A stretch of DNA of 64,000 bases from the human T2T-CHM13v2.0 reference genome, Homo sapiens: assembly GCF_009914755.1 (NCBI RefSeq), contig NC_060926.1; one strand, written 5' to 3'. Made by a program: the position numbers and the translations under genes. Below the pieces are notes generated by a model that ran no database searches, had not been told where the DNA came from, and saw only the letters and a program-made list of their open reading frames with translations. Positions 27,471 to 47,817 of this stretch are shown here, in pieces. Every line of letters begins with the position of its first letter. Position 1 is the stretch's first letter.

Positions 27471-27749
27471 CTTACGATGAAGTTCATTTCTCATGCCACA
27501 TTTCAATTGCAAGTGACAAGAGGGCTTTCTGCTCAAAGCCACGTAGAGACCCACGTCAAGAGACTTGACGTGTATTTATGATCTCAGAGACAAGGAACCA
27601 CACTTGGGCTTGTCATATTTTTGCCTACAAGTGACACACATCACAGTTGCTTGCATTTTACTGGCCAGAACAAATCACTCAGGTGTGTCTGAGTTCAAAA
27701 GGTGGGCAGGGCACTGACTATTTGGTGAAGTAATATAGCATCCTACATG

Positions 27750-28710
27750 TGGTTTAACACCAACTTTTCCTGGTTATTCTGCCAGTCTGACCACTACTTG
27801 GTATCCTTTGTCTGACTTTCCTCTTCTGCCTGTTCCTTCAAAGCTAGGGACCCTCCTTCTCGGTCCCACCTGTTCTCATTCTCGGTCCCACCTGTTCTCA
27901 TTCCCACACTCCTGAAGCTTCACATCCATCCATGTGCTGGTGCCTCCTAAATCCCTGTTACCCAGATCTCTGCCTGGATTCCCATTCCTACCTAGTTCCA
28001 TTTGGATTTCACAAAAGCACCTTAGACTCAGTATATCTTAAGCCAAACTTAAAAGTCTTCTGCCAAAGCCCCCCTCCCCTCCACCTGCCAAAATTGCTAC
28101 TTCTCAGTGGCCTGATCTCATTGAACTATCTGAACTGACTTTGATTTGTGTTTCTCCTCCCCTGTCTGATCAGTCTTCAAATCCCACTGAGTCTGTCTCT
28201 GAAATACCTCCTTATCTCTGCAGCTACATCCCTTGAGTAAGTCAGCGTCTGGCCTGAGCTACTGCAGTTACCTTCCCATTGGTCTCCCTGCACTCAGCCA
28301 GTCCAATCCATTTTCCGATCTATAGCCAGAAATAGGTCATGATCCTCCTCTGCTTGAATTCCCTCAGTGGCTTCCCATTGCCTTGAAAACAGAACCCAGA
28401 CTCTCTATGGCTTCCACGGCATGTTCTACAGCTCTCCCTCATGACTGGGCCTTTCCTCATTCTGCCAAGAACTTGGTTCTCCAAGGTATTACCTCGAGGG
28501 TCCTTGTTTTGGGGTCAGGTCACATGTCACTTCTCCAGATATCCCTCTGAGCACCCCAATATCAGCCTGTCCCTCTTTGCAATTGTTACTTGTTTAACTG
28601 TCTTCCTCAGTCATATAAGCTCATCCATTGCAGCATCTGGGTACCCAGCACGCTGTCTGCCATGCAGTTGGTGCTCACATATTTGTCAAATGAATGCTGA
28701 ATTGATTAAG
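27750..28710. mobile_element. L2 remnant
   Basis: ccctcagtggcttcccattgcc...aacccagactc; ends tgctcacatatttgtcaaatgaatg. Confidence 0.65.
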
Positions 28711-28910
28711 CACTCACTATGTTCCTCTTTGTTTCCTACTAGGAACTTAATTTAGGTTTCCCCATTTGGTACTCTTTATCAAAACATGTTAGGTGCTTAC
28801 AAAGTGCCAGCAAGTCTTGCTGCCAGTAGGTGTTGGACCAGGATTTGAACAGGTCTGTTTGACTCTAATGCCTGAGTTCAGCATTTCTCAAACATCAGGC
28901 ATTCACACAT

Positions 28911-29024
28911 AAGTGACCAATCATCCTGGTTTCCCCTGGGCTGAGAGGGTTCCTGGGACATGGGACTTTCAACACACACAAAAACAGGAATGTCCAGGGC
29001 ATACCCGGGACCATTTGTCACTCT
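28911..29024. mobile_element. MER94-like hAT-Blackjack element
   Basis: agtgaccaatcatcctggttt...cccgggaccatttgtcactcta terminal inverted repeats. Confidence 0.7.
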
Positions 29025-29062
29025 ATTCACCACCGTCACAATCTTTGCCACATGTGTGTTAG

Positions 29063-29424
<362 letters not shown>

Positions 29425-30443
29425 TAGCCTCATCCTAAAATGTAAATTACAGCTTTTAATGGGCTATTTGTATTTTTTCTAATATGCATGTAAAAACAAT
29501 TATTAAAATGAAAAATGTTTCATCTGTATATCACATAAAACCATCTCAAACATCCCCAGGGGTTGGCTTGCCACACTCTGGGAAACCCTGGCCAACCCAT
29601 GCACTGCCCCAGGCCCATGAACTGTTTTTCCTTCCGGCTTCTGAGCTCTCCTGCAGAAGCACTGTGCTAGCCCCTCCTATAGCTGGAGTGTCAGCACTGT
29701 GCCTGCTATGATACGTAGGTTAGCTCTTTCAGTGGCCACAGCCACTCCACAAAGATGGTTATCACAAAGACATAGATGAGCAACCTAAACCTGGGGAGGG
29801 GGGGACAGTTGGTAAGCTGCTTGTCTGGGGCAACATGGATGGTGCTTATCATATTCAGTATATAAACCTGGGTCAGCCATGGTCTATCTCAGGCAAGGCC
29901 AGAAGCATGGGCATAGCTTCTTGGGCAGGCCTGGTTGATTTGGGCTAGCCTTGGAACTCTTCATCTGTCTTTTTCTCAAATATGATCTACAGCTGTTGTC
30001 CTGAGCTCTTTGACCTCTGCCTTGACACTTCCCATCAACTGAAAACTGCCTGCATTCACACCAGCCCTCTCCGCCAGGTCCATTTCTGGGCCACTACAGA
30101 AGGTCCTGCTTCCACTGAACCCACTCAGATAACCTGCTTTGCAGCTCAGCATAAGAGTATGTGCACATGGCTTCACAGTATTCTGTGACTTCCTCTCCTG
30201 TGCAGGGCCGGGTCTAGGGTAAAATAATTGAGATGCCTGGAGCACAAGATGGAAGAGGCTTCCAAGACATGCTAAGATTTTGAGAGAACAATCCTGTCAC
30301 TGGCTTTGAGATGCTTCAGTCTAGTTTCCAGAGGTTCAGGGAAACTGGGGGTCTGGGAGGCGAAACTTATTAGCATAATGAAATATATTTTTCCTTCATT
30401 TTGTTGACATTTGCACTGATAGCACAAAAACAATGCTGGGTAA

Positions 30444-33671
<3,228 letters not shown>

Positions 33672-34379
33672 CATTTAAAAGACAAGCAAACAATGGGAAA
33701 ATCCTCTAAGTCATATATACTATACTTAGCCCCTAGGTGCTGTGATGGAAGACATATAGGTACTGGTTCAATGTTTATATTAAGAGCTTCATAATATAAT
33801 GTGAAAAAAATGAGTGTACTCAGATAAGATAACTGTGCATTCAAGAAAAAAAAAAAAAACTGGGCACCTTGGCAAATCAAGAGCAATGGCACCAGGCTGT
33901 ATGAGGAGTCCACTGCCATTTGGTGGGGGTTTTAGAGAGCCTGAAGTGAAGATTTGGAATTGGAAAAATGGAAACAGCTCTGAAAAACAGATTTTATGGA
34001 AATTGAGTCCAAAAGGGTCAAAACAGCTGCTCACAGAAGTGTGTGGAATTTTCACTCTGTTGTCACATTGCTTAAAAGGCCATAAAGCTAAAGATTTACT
34101 TGGCTTAATAAGGCTCTTCTTTCATCAGTTATTTCCTGGATGACATGGCCTTAGTATGACACACAAAGTTCCACTCCACTGGAGGGGGAGGCCCTTCCCT
34201 GGCCTGCATGTAGACACAGGTTGTGTAGGGATTTGGGGTTGCAGGGGGGGCGATGATCAGGCCATATTGAAACCTGGTGACTTGTGAAGGGAGGGCAGTC
34301 TTGGTAAAGTATCATAGAGGACAGACTTTGAAGCAAATGAGGATAGTGAAGTCCATAAAATAGAAACAATCTGAGATAG

Positions 34380-35910
34380 GCAAGCACCAAAAATAAACCT
34401 GAGTTCATAGCAGCCGTATTAACAATAGTTTAAAGGTCAGAATAGCCCACATGTCCATCACTGGATAAATGGATAAGCAAAATCTGATGTATCTGCAATG
34501 GACTATTATTCAGCCACAGAAAGGAATGAAGTACTGCTAAATGGTATGACATGGATAAGCCCTGAAAACATTATGCTATGTGAAACAAGCCAGGCACAAG
34601 AGGTCACATATCGTATGATTCCGATAATATGACATATGAAAAGTAGGCAAATCCATAGAGAAAGAAAAGCATATTACTGGTTCCCAGGAGCAGAAGGGTG
34701 GGGAATTTGGAACAAGTACTTAATGAGTCCCCTTTGGCGGTGATGAAAATGTGTTGGAACTTGATAGAGGTGATGGCTGTACAATACTGTGAATGTACTA
34801 AATGCCACTGAATTGTACACTTTTAAATAATTTATGTTTTGTGAATTTTACCTCAATAATACAAAAACACTGAAGTGAGAGCAAGGAAAATTACCAGGAA
34901 GAAAGGCAGACATTACATAATGATGAAAGAGTAAATTCACCAAGAAGACATAATCCCAAATGGGTATGCACTAAACAAAAGAGCTTCAGAATCCATGAAG
35001 CAAAAGCTGATAGAATTATAAAGAAAAATATACAGATTCTCAATTATAGTCAGAAATATCTTCAACACCCCTCTCAATATACAGAAAATCTGTAAGGATA
35101 TAACAACTTGGACAATACTATCAATCATCCTGACCTAATTGACGTTTATAAAACACTTCACCTACTAGCACTATGATGCACATCATTTTCTAGTGCACAT
35201 TGAAGATTTACCAAGATAGATTGTGTTCTGGGCCATGAAACAAGTCTCGATAACTTTTAAAAGATTCATATCGTGCAAAGTATATTATCTGACGATAATG
35301 GAATTAAACTAGAAATCAATGACAGAAAGGTATCAGGAACATCCTCTGGTATTTGGAAATGAAATAACCCACTTCTAAATTACTTACTGGTCAAAGAAGA
35401 AATTAAAAGGAAAATTAAAAGTATTTTGAAATGAATGAATATAAAAACATAAAAATCTCAAAATTTGCAAGCAGCAGCTAAAGTAGTACACAGAAGAAAA
35501 CTTATGGCACTAAAGGCTTATATTAGGAAAGGTCTCAAATCAATGACCTCAATCCTTACCTTACGAAAACAGAAAAATGAGAAAAGTAATGAAATCCAAA
35601 ATAAGCAGAAATAAGGGCACACTAAAGAGTAGAAATCAGTGAAAAAGAAAACAGAAAATTTATAGAGGAAATAAAAGTCGCCAAAGATGGTTCTTTGAGA
35701 CCAATAAAATTCATAAGCCTCTCATGAGTTAAATCAGGAGAAAAAAAAAAGGAGAAGCCACAAATTACTAACATGAGGAATATGAGAGGTGATAGAACTA
35801 CAGAATCATCAGACCTTAATAAGGATAGTTAGGGAGTACCATGAACCTTTTATGCCAATGCATTTGGCAACTTAGAATAAATAACATATTCCTTGAAAGA
35901 CACAAAGTAC
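34380..35910 (+). mobile_element. Old L1M fragments (3' end, then endonuclease region)
   Basis: gaatgtactaaatgccactgaattgtacac 3' end; ORF2 N-terminal-like motifs. Confidence 0.75.
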
Positions 35911-37005
35911 CTGAGGGACTGATGTAAGGTGCTCATCTCTGTTTTACCTAACTTGGAATTCAGGCCAGAAGAGCAGTGAGCATCACTCAGAAATTCTTCA
36001 AGCAGAACTAACAACCCTCAGACACCTGGAGCCAAAGATAATAGTTGAAACACATAATAGACTGCCTGTGTCAAAACTGGGGAAAATTTCTTTGGGAAAT
36101 TAGGACATTCAAGGCAGCTGTTTATACTGGGGAAGTTAGAAAGCCACACATGTGCCCAGGGCAAGACCCATGCTCAGAAAAGACCTAAATTTTCCCCTGG
36201 GGCTTATTCCTAGACATAGTGCAAGCCATAGTGCAAAGAAAATGCCCAAAATGTTAAAGGAGGGTCCTAGGACACAGTGAATTTGCAAGGCCTGGGAGAG
36301 ATACTTTTACCTTTTGTCTGTTTGTTTTAGCTCCTGGCACTCAAAGAAATCTGTCAAAACACTAGCTGAACACAAGTGACCACACCCAACAAGAATTATT
36401 ACAGTCTTTCCAATAATATTTTGAGCAAGTCACTAAACAAATGGACTACTATGTCCTTCACCAATTAAAAAAAAAAAAACAGAAAAACCTGAGCAAAGGG
36501 GAGAATTTGATATCCAGAGTTAATACATTATAATATTTCAATGTCCAGTTTTCAAGAAAAAAATCACAAGGCATACAAAGAGGAAAATATGGCACATTCA
36601 GAGGCAATAAATATACAACAGAAATCATCCCTGAGGAAGGCTAGATGTCAGAAATTCTAGACTTTCTTAAATATGCTCAAAGAGCTAAAGACATGGACAA
36701 AACACTAAAGGAAAACAGAACAACTATGTATACAAAATAAGAATATCAGTAAAGAGGTGGAAATAATAAAAAGGAACCAAACAAATGCTGGAACTGAAAA
36801 AGTACAGTAATTGAATGAAAATTCACTAGAGGGGTTTAATAGCAGATGTGAACAGACGAAAGAAAGAATCCGTGAACTTGAAGATAGGACAATTGAAATT
36901 ATCACATCTGAGGAACAGCAAGAAAAAAGAATGAAGAAAAGTGAACAAATCCTAAGGGACCCATGGGACTCCATCAAGCAGACCAATATACAAATAGGAG
37001 TTCCT

Positions 37006-37134
37006 GGTTGGCCTGAAGGTAGTGATTCATCTCAAATGATTGTTCACAGTCAGTCACAGATTGAAATCCTTGTTCTACTTTTTCTTCCCTTCTCACTACT
37101 GTACTTGACTAGTCTTTTTGAAAAAAGAAAAAAA
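37006..37134 (+). pseudogene. Y1 RNA (RNY1-derived) processed pseudogene
   Basis: ggttggcctgaaggtagtga...ttgttcacagtcag...cttgactagtctttt matches Y1 RNA; A tail; TSD acaaatagga(g/a)ttcc at 36990 and 37134. Confidence 0.93.
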
Positions 37135-37311
37135 CAAATAGGAATTCCAGAAAGAGGAGAGAGAGAAAGAGTCAAATAACATTTGAGGAAATAATGCCCA
37201 TAATGCCCCAAATTTGATGAAAGACATAAACCTACAAACCCAAGAAGCTTAACAAACTCTGAGTAGGATAAACTCAATAAGACCACATCAGACACATTAT
37301 AATCAAATTGC

Positions 37312-38521
37312 AACTGGATCCCTTCCTTACACCTTATACAAAAATCAATTCAAGATGGATTAAAGACTTAAACGTTGGACCTAAAACCATAAAAACCCTA
37401 AAAGAAAACCTAGGCAATACCATTCAGGACATAGGCATGGGCAAGGACTTCATGTCTAAAACACCAAAGGCAATGGCAACAAAAGCCAAAATTGACAAAT
37501 GGGATCTAATTAAACTAAAGAGCTTTGCACAGCAAAAGAAACTACCATCAGAGTGAACTGGCAACCTACAAAATGGGAGAAAATTTTCGCAACCTACTCA
37601 TCTGACAAAGGGCTAATATCCAGAATCTACAGTGAACTCAAATAAATTTACAAGAAAAAAACAAACAACCACATCAAAAAGTGGGCGAAGGACATGAACA
37701 GACACTTCGCAAAAGAAGACATTTATGCAGCCAAAAAACACATGAAGAAATGCTCACCATCACTGGCCATCAGAGAAATGCAAATCAAAACCACAATGAG
37801 ATACCATCTCACACCAGTTAGAATGGCAATCATTAAAAAGTCAGGAAACAACAGGTGCTGGAGAGGATGGAGAAATAGGAACACTTTTACACTGTTGGTG
37901 GGACTGTAAACTAGTTCAACCACTGTGGAAGTCAGTGTTGCGATTCCTCAGGGATCTAGAACTAGAAATACCATTTGACCCAGCCATCCCATTACTGGGT
38001 ATATACCCAAAGGACTATAAATCATGCTGCTATAAAGACACATGCACACGTATGTTTATTGCGGCATTATTCACAATAGCAAAGACTTGGAACCAACCCA
38101 AATGTCCAACAATGATAGACTGAATTAAGAAAATGTGGCACATATACACCATGGAATACTATGCAGCCATAAAAAATGATGAGTTCCTGTCCTTTGTAGG
38201 GACATGGATGAAATTGGAAATCATCATTCTCAGTAAACTATCACAAGGACAAAAAAACCAAACACTGCATGTTCTCACTCATAGGTGGGAATTGAATAAT
38301 GAGAACACATGGACACAGGAAGGGGAACATCACACTCTGGGGACTGTTGTGGGGTGGGGGGAGGGGGGAGGGATAGCATTGGGAGATATACCTAATGCTA
38401 GATGACGAGTTAGTGGGTGCAGCGCACCAGCATGGCACATGTATACATATGTAACTAACCTGCACATTGTGCACATGTACCCTAAAACTTAAAGTATAAT
38501 AATAATAATAAATAAATAAAA
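37312..38521 (+). mobile_element. 5'-truncated young L1 (L1PA2-like)
   Basis: ctagatgacgagttagtgggtgcagcgcaccagc 3' diagnostics; 13-bp TSD ataatcaaattgc at 37299 and 38522. Confidence 0.96.
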
Positions 38522-39917
38522 ATAATCAAATTGCCAAAAGCAAAAGACAAATGGAGAGTCTTTAATGCAGCAAGAGAGAAGTGACCCATTACACACATGT
38601 GAATAAGATTTATGGCCAATTTCTCATCAGAAACTATGGAGGCCAGAGATGGCAGTATGACATTTGAAGGGCTGAAAGAAAAAAAAAAACTGTCATCCAT
38701 ATAGAAGAATTCTATATCCATCAAAGCCGTCCTTCAAAAATGAGGAAGAAGTTAAGACATTTCCAGATAAAATTAGAGGGAGTTTGTTACCACTAGCCTT
38801 GCCCTACAAGAAATGCTAAAAGGAGTCCTTCAGATTAAAAGGAAAAGATGCTATATTAAAACATCACATTGTGCACTGTGAATATACAAAATTTGTATTC
38901 GTTAATTATACCTTAATAAAGCGGGGGACAGGGAGGAAAGATGCCAGACAGTTGCTTAAAGTCATATGAAGAAGTAAAGATCTCCAGTAAAGGTAAACAT
39001 ATGGGCAAATATAAAAGTAGGTATTATTATAACATTAGTTTGTAATTCCACTTTTTATTTCCTGTAGAATTTAAATGTATAAAAATAATTATAAATCAAT
39101 ACTGAGCACACAATATATAAACATGTTAATTGTGATGACAACAGCAGCATCATGAAGGAGGACAGAATGGAGCTCTCCAGGAGCCAAGTTTTTATATGCT
39201 ATTAAAGTTAGGTTGGTATTAATTTAAAATAGACTGTTATAAATTGAGGATGCCAAATGTAATACCCATGCTAATCACAAAGAAAATATCTAAAAATTAT
39301 ACAAAAAAGGAAATGAGAAGGGAATCACATGGTTCACTACAAATAGTCAACCAAACATAAAAGAAGGCAGTAATGGAGGAAATGAAGGACAAAAAAATGT
39401 ATAAGATATAACAAAACCAAATAGCAAAATGGCAGAATTAAGTTTTTCCTTATCAATAATTACTTTAAATAGCTTAAACTTTCCAGTCAAAAAGAAGATT
39501 GGCAGAATGGATAAAAAAAATGATTCAACTATATACTGTCTAAAGAGTCACTTTAGATTCAAAAATACAAATAGACTGAAATTGAAATGATAGGAAAAGA
39601 TATTTCATGCAAATAGTAACCAAAAGAGAGCAGGGGTGGCTATACTAATACCAGAAAAAAATTGACTTTAAATGCAAATTGTTACAAGAGACAAAGACAT
39701 TATATATTAATAAAATGGTTAATTCATTAAGAATGTATTAGTATAACAATTATAAACATATATGCCCCAAATAAGAGGTCACCCAAATATATGAAGCAAC
39801 ACTGACAGAATAATCGGGAGTAAAAAATTCTACAATAATAATTGGAGACTTCAATACTCTACTTTCAGTAATAGGGAGAATAACTGGACAGAATAGCAAT
39901 AAGAAAACGCTACTTTC

Positions 39918-40212
<295 letters not shown>

Positions 40213-40404
40213 ACCCCAAAAAACTCTATTTTCAATAATAGAATATCTAGACAGAATAGCAATAAGGAAATAGAGGATGTGAACAACAAAATAGACCAAT
40301 AGGACCTAACACACATATACAGAGCATTCCATTCAACAGCAGCAGAATGCACATTCTTAAGTACACATGGAATATTCTCCAAGGTAAACCATATAGTAGG
40401 CCAT

Positions 40405-41167
<763 letters not shown>

Positions 41168-41288
41168 TCAATAACCTAACTCTATAGCTTGAAGCAGTAG
41201 GAAAAGAAGAAAAAACTGTACTTAAAGCTACCAGGAGGGAGGAAATAATGAGAATTAGAGTAGAGATAAATAAGAGAATAGAAAACCC

Positions 41289-41666
<378 letters not shown>

Positions 41667-42187
41667 TTAGTTAGACTTAGTAAAAATGAGAGAAGACACA
41701 AATAACTGAAATCAGAAATGAAAGTGGGAACAGTAACAGTTCTATTACTACCAACCTAATTAAACAAAGGATTATAAGAGAATGCTACGAACAATTGTAT
41801 GCCAACAAACTGGATAACCTAGATGAAATGGATAAAATCCTAGAAACACACAACTCCTCAAAAGTGTATCATGAAGAAAATCCTGGATAATCTGGATAGA
41901 TCTATAACTAATAGGAGATTGAAACAATAAAGAAAAGAACAAAGAAAAGTCTAGGATCAGATGGTGTCACTGCTGAATTCTATCAAACATTTAAAGAAGA
42001 ATTAACACCAGTCCTTCTAAAATCTTCCAAAAAAATAGAAGAGGAGGGAATACTTCCTAATTCATTCTATGAGGCCAACATTGCCCTGATACCAGAATCA
42101 GATAAAGAAAATCATAAGAAAATTACAGACCAATATCCCTTAAGAATATAGATACAGAAATCCTCATATGAATATTAGCAAACTGAA

Positions 42188-42573
<386 letters not shown>

Positions 42574-42679
42574 TCAACATCAGAAACTTAATCAAAATAA
42601 TACATCACATTAGTAGAATGAAAAAAAAAATCACAGAATCATCTCAATTGACACAGAAATGGCCTTTGACAAAAGCTAA

Positions 42680-43031
<352 letters not shown>

Positions 43032-43759
43032 CCCACTCAGAAAACGAGAAGTATATGGAAACTTCTTCAACATGGCAAAAGCCATATATGAAATACCTAG
43101 AGCTAACATCATACTCAATGGTGAAAGACTGAAAGATTTTTCTCTAAGATCAGGGTCAAAACAAAGATGTGCACTTTACCACTGCTATTCCACGATGTAC
43201 TGGAAGTTCTTGCCAGAGCAATTAGACAAGAAAAAGAAATGAAGGGCATCCAAATTGGAGAGGAAGAAGTAAAACTCAATTCGCAGATGAAAACTCCCAT
43301 ATATAGAAAATCCCAAAGAATCTATAAGAAAGCCACTAGCACTAATAAATGAATTCATCAAAGTTCAAGGGTACAAGATCAACACACAAAAATCAATTGT
43401 GGTTCTATATATCTGCAAGGAACAATCTGCAAATGAAATTTAGAAAATAATTGTACTTAATAATACCATCTAAAAGAATAAAATACCTAGAAACAAATTT
43501 TACCCAAAAGATGACTTTAACCAAGAAGATGAAAACTTACACAGTGAAAAATTTTAAAAATGGCTAAAAGAAATTAAAGAAGACCTAATGAAATGGAAAG
43601 ACATCATATGGTCATAGGAAGATTTGATATTGTTGTCAGTACTACCCAATGCTATCTACAGAGTCAATGCAATCCTACTCAAATACCAACAGCGTTTTTG
43701 CAGAAATAGAAAAACTGATCCTCAAATTCATTAAAAAAAAAAAATCCCCGCAAGGCATT

Positions 43760-43761
<2 letters not shown>

Positions 43762-43792
<31 letters not shown>
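43762..43792. repeat. (CA)n microsatellite
   Basis: Perfect AC run. Confidence 0.97.
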
Positions 43793-43797
<5 letters not shown>

Positions 43798-44562
43798 TGA
43801 AGTTGCCAAAACAATCTGTAAAGGCAGCACAAAGTCGGACTCACACTTCCCAATGTCAGAACTTACTACAAAGCTACAATAATCAAAACAGGTTTGGCAT
43901 AAGGATATATGGTCCAATGGAACTGAGAGTCCAGAAATAAGCTCATATGTCTATGACTGATTTTTGACATGAGTGCCAAATGGTGAAAGAACTATCTTTT
44001 CAACAAGTGGTACTGTGACAACTGGATTTCCACTTGAAAAAGAATGAGGTTGGCCTCTCCCCTACATGGTTCATAAAATCATGTAAATAAAATATTCATA
44101 GAATTATTGATCAATGGATCAACAATCTAAATATAAGAACTAAACTTGAAACACCTGGAAGAAAGCATAGGGGTAAATCAGGTCCTTGGAGCTGGCAATG
44201 GGTTCCTACATATGACACCAAAAGCATGAGCAACACCAACAAAGAAAAATTGGGCTTTATCAAAATTAAAAACTTTTGTACATGAACGGACATTACCAAG
44301 AAAAGTTAAAAGACAAAGTACAGATGGGATAAAATATGCAAAATATATAATTGATAAGAGATGAATCTCCAAAATACATAAAGAACAACGCTCAACAAAA
44401 AAAGATAAACAATCCAATTAAAACACAGGCAAAGGTCTTGAATAGACATTTCTCTAAAGAAGATATGCAAATGGCCAATAAGCACATAAAAGATGTCAAT
44501 ATCCTTAATCATTAGGATAATACAAGTCAAAACCACAGTAATACAACTGCATCATCTACTAG

Positions 44563-44903
<341 letters not shown>

Positions 44904-45501
44904 GCTATACATTTTAAAAAAGGAAAATGTTGATGAAGACATGGAGAAATGGGAAACCTCATACATTGCTGGTAGTAATGTAAAATGGTGCAGGTGCAGC
45001 CAGTGTGGGAAAGAGTTTGGCAGTTCCCTAAAAAGCTAAACATAGAATTTCCATATGATTCAGCAATCCTCCCCCAAAGCATATGTTCACTAGAGTTTAA
45101 AACAAGGACTCAAACAGATACTTGTAAGTCAATGTTCACTGCAGCATTATTCATAATAACCAAAAGGTAAGAACAACCCAAATGTCCATTAATGGATGGA
45201 TGGATAAATATACAATGGATATACCACATGTACATCCTACAATGTGTGTGAATCTTGAGGACATTATGCTAAGTGTGATAAACCTTATACGAAATGACAA
45301 ATACTCTATTATTCCACGTGTCTGAAATATCTAGAATAGTGAAATTCATAGCGATGGAAAGTAGAATAGAGGTTACCAGGGGTTGGGGAAGGAAGGGAAT
45401 GGGAAGTTGTTGTTTGATGGGAACCCAGTTTCTGTGTGGGATGATGAAAGGGTTTAGAAGTGGATAGTGTTGATAGTCGCACAACAATGTGAATAGAATC
45501 A

Positions 45502-46012
<511 letters not shown>

Positions 46013-46174
46013 TCATTCCTAGTGAGAGCTGATGGATGAGACGTGGTCTCTCCTGTTTCTCTGGACCTGGTCTCTGGAACTGCTGCAGCCATCTTGTGAA
46101 CAGACTGAGAATTAAGCCAACAGGGGGCCACAGACAGATAGATGTGGGTACCTGAGGATGTCATGGAGCTACTG

Positions 46175-46436
<262 letters not shown>

Positions 46437-46506
46437 TTACAGTTTCATGAGATGATTTTCTTATTTAAAAAAAAAGGAAGTGTTGGAGGCAATTAATAAA
46501 GAGCTC

Positions 46507-46885
<379 letters not shown>

Positions 46886-47013
46886 TTAGAAAAAAACCTG
46901 AAAGATGAGAAATCTAAATGTTTAGACAAATTGGTCTGATGTCTGACCTTACCAGATCAAGAAGATGAATGAAAACCTCCTATTTCAAGTAGCTGCAACC
47001 AAAGCAACCTTCA

Positions 47014-47352
<339 letters not shown>

Positions 47353-47508
47353 TCAGGGAAGCCTGGCACTGCCCTCTGGCAAGGCCAAAGAATGGAGAGG
47401 AAGAATGAGCAAGCTTACGCCCCAGAAGGAATGGCTAGGAGGTAGGAGCTTGGGTTTAGATGTATCAAAGGAGAGATGACCTAGAAAATGAACCAAAAGC
47501 AGTTTTAA

Positions 47509-47817
<309 letters not shown>

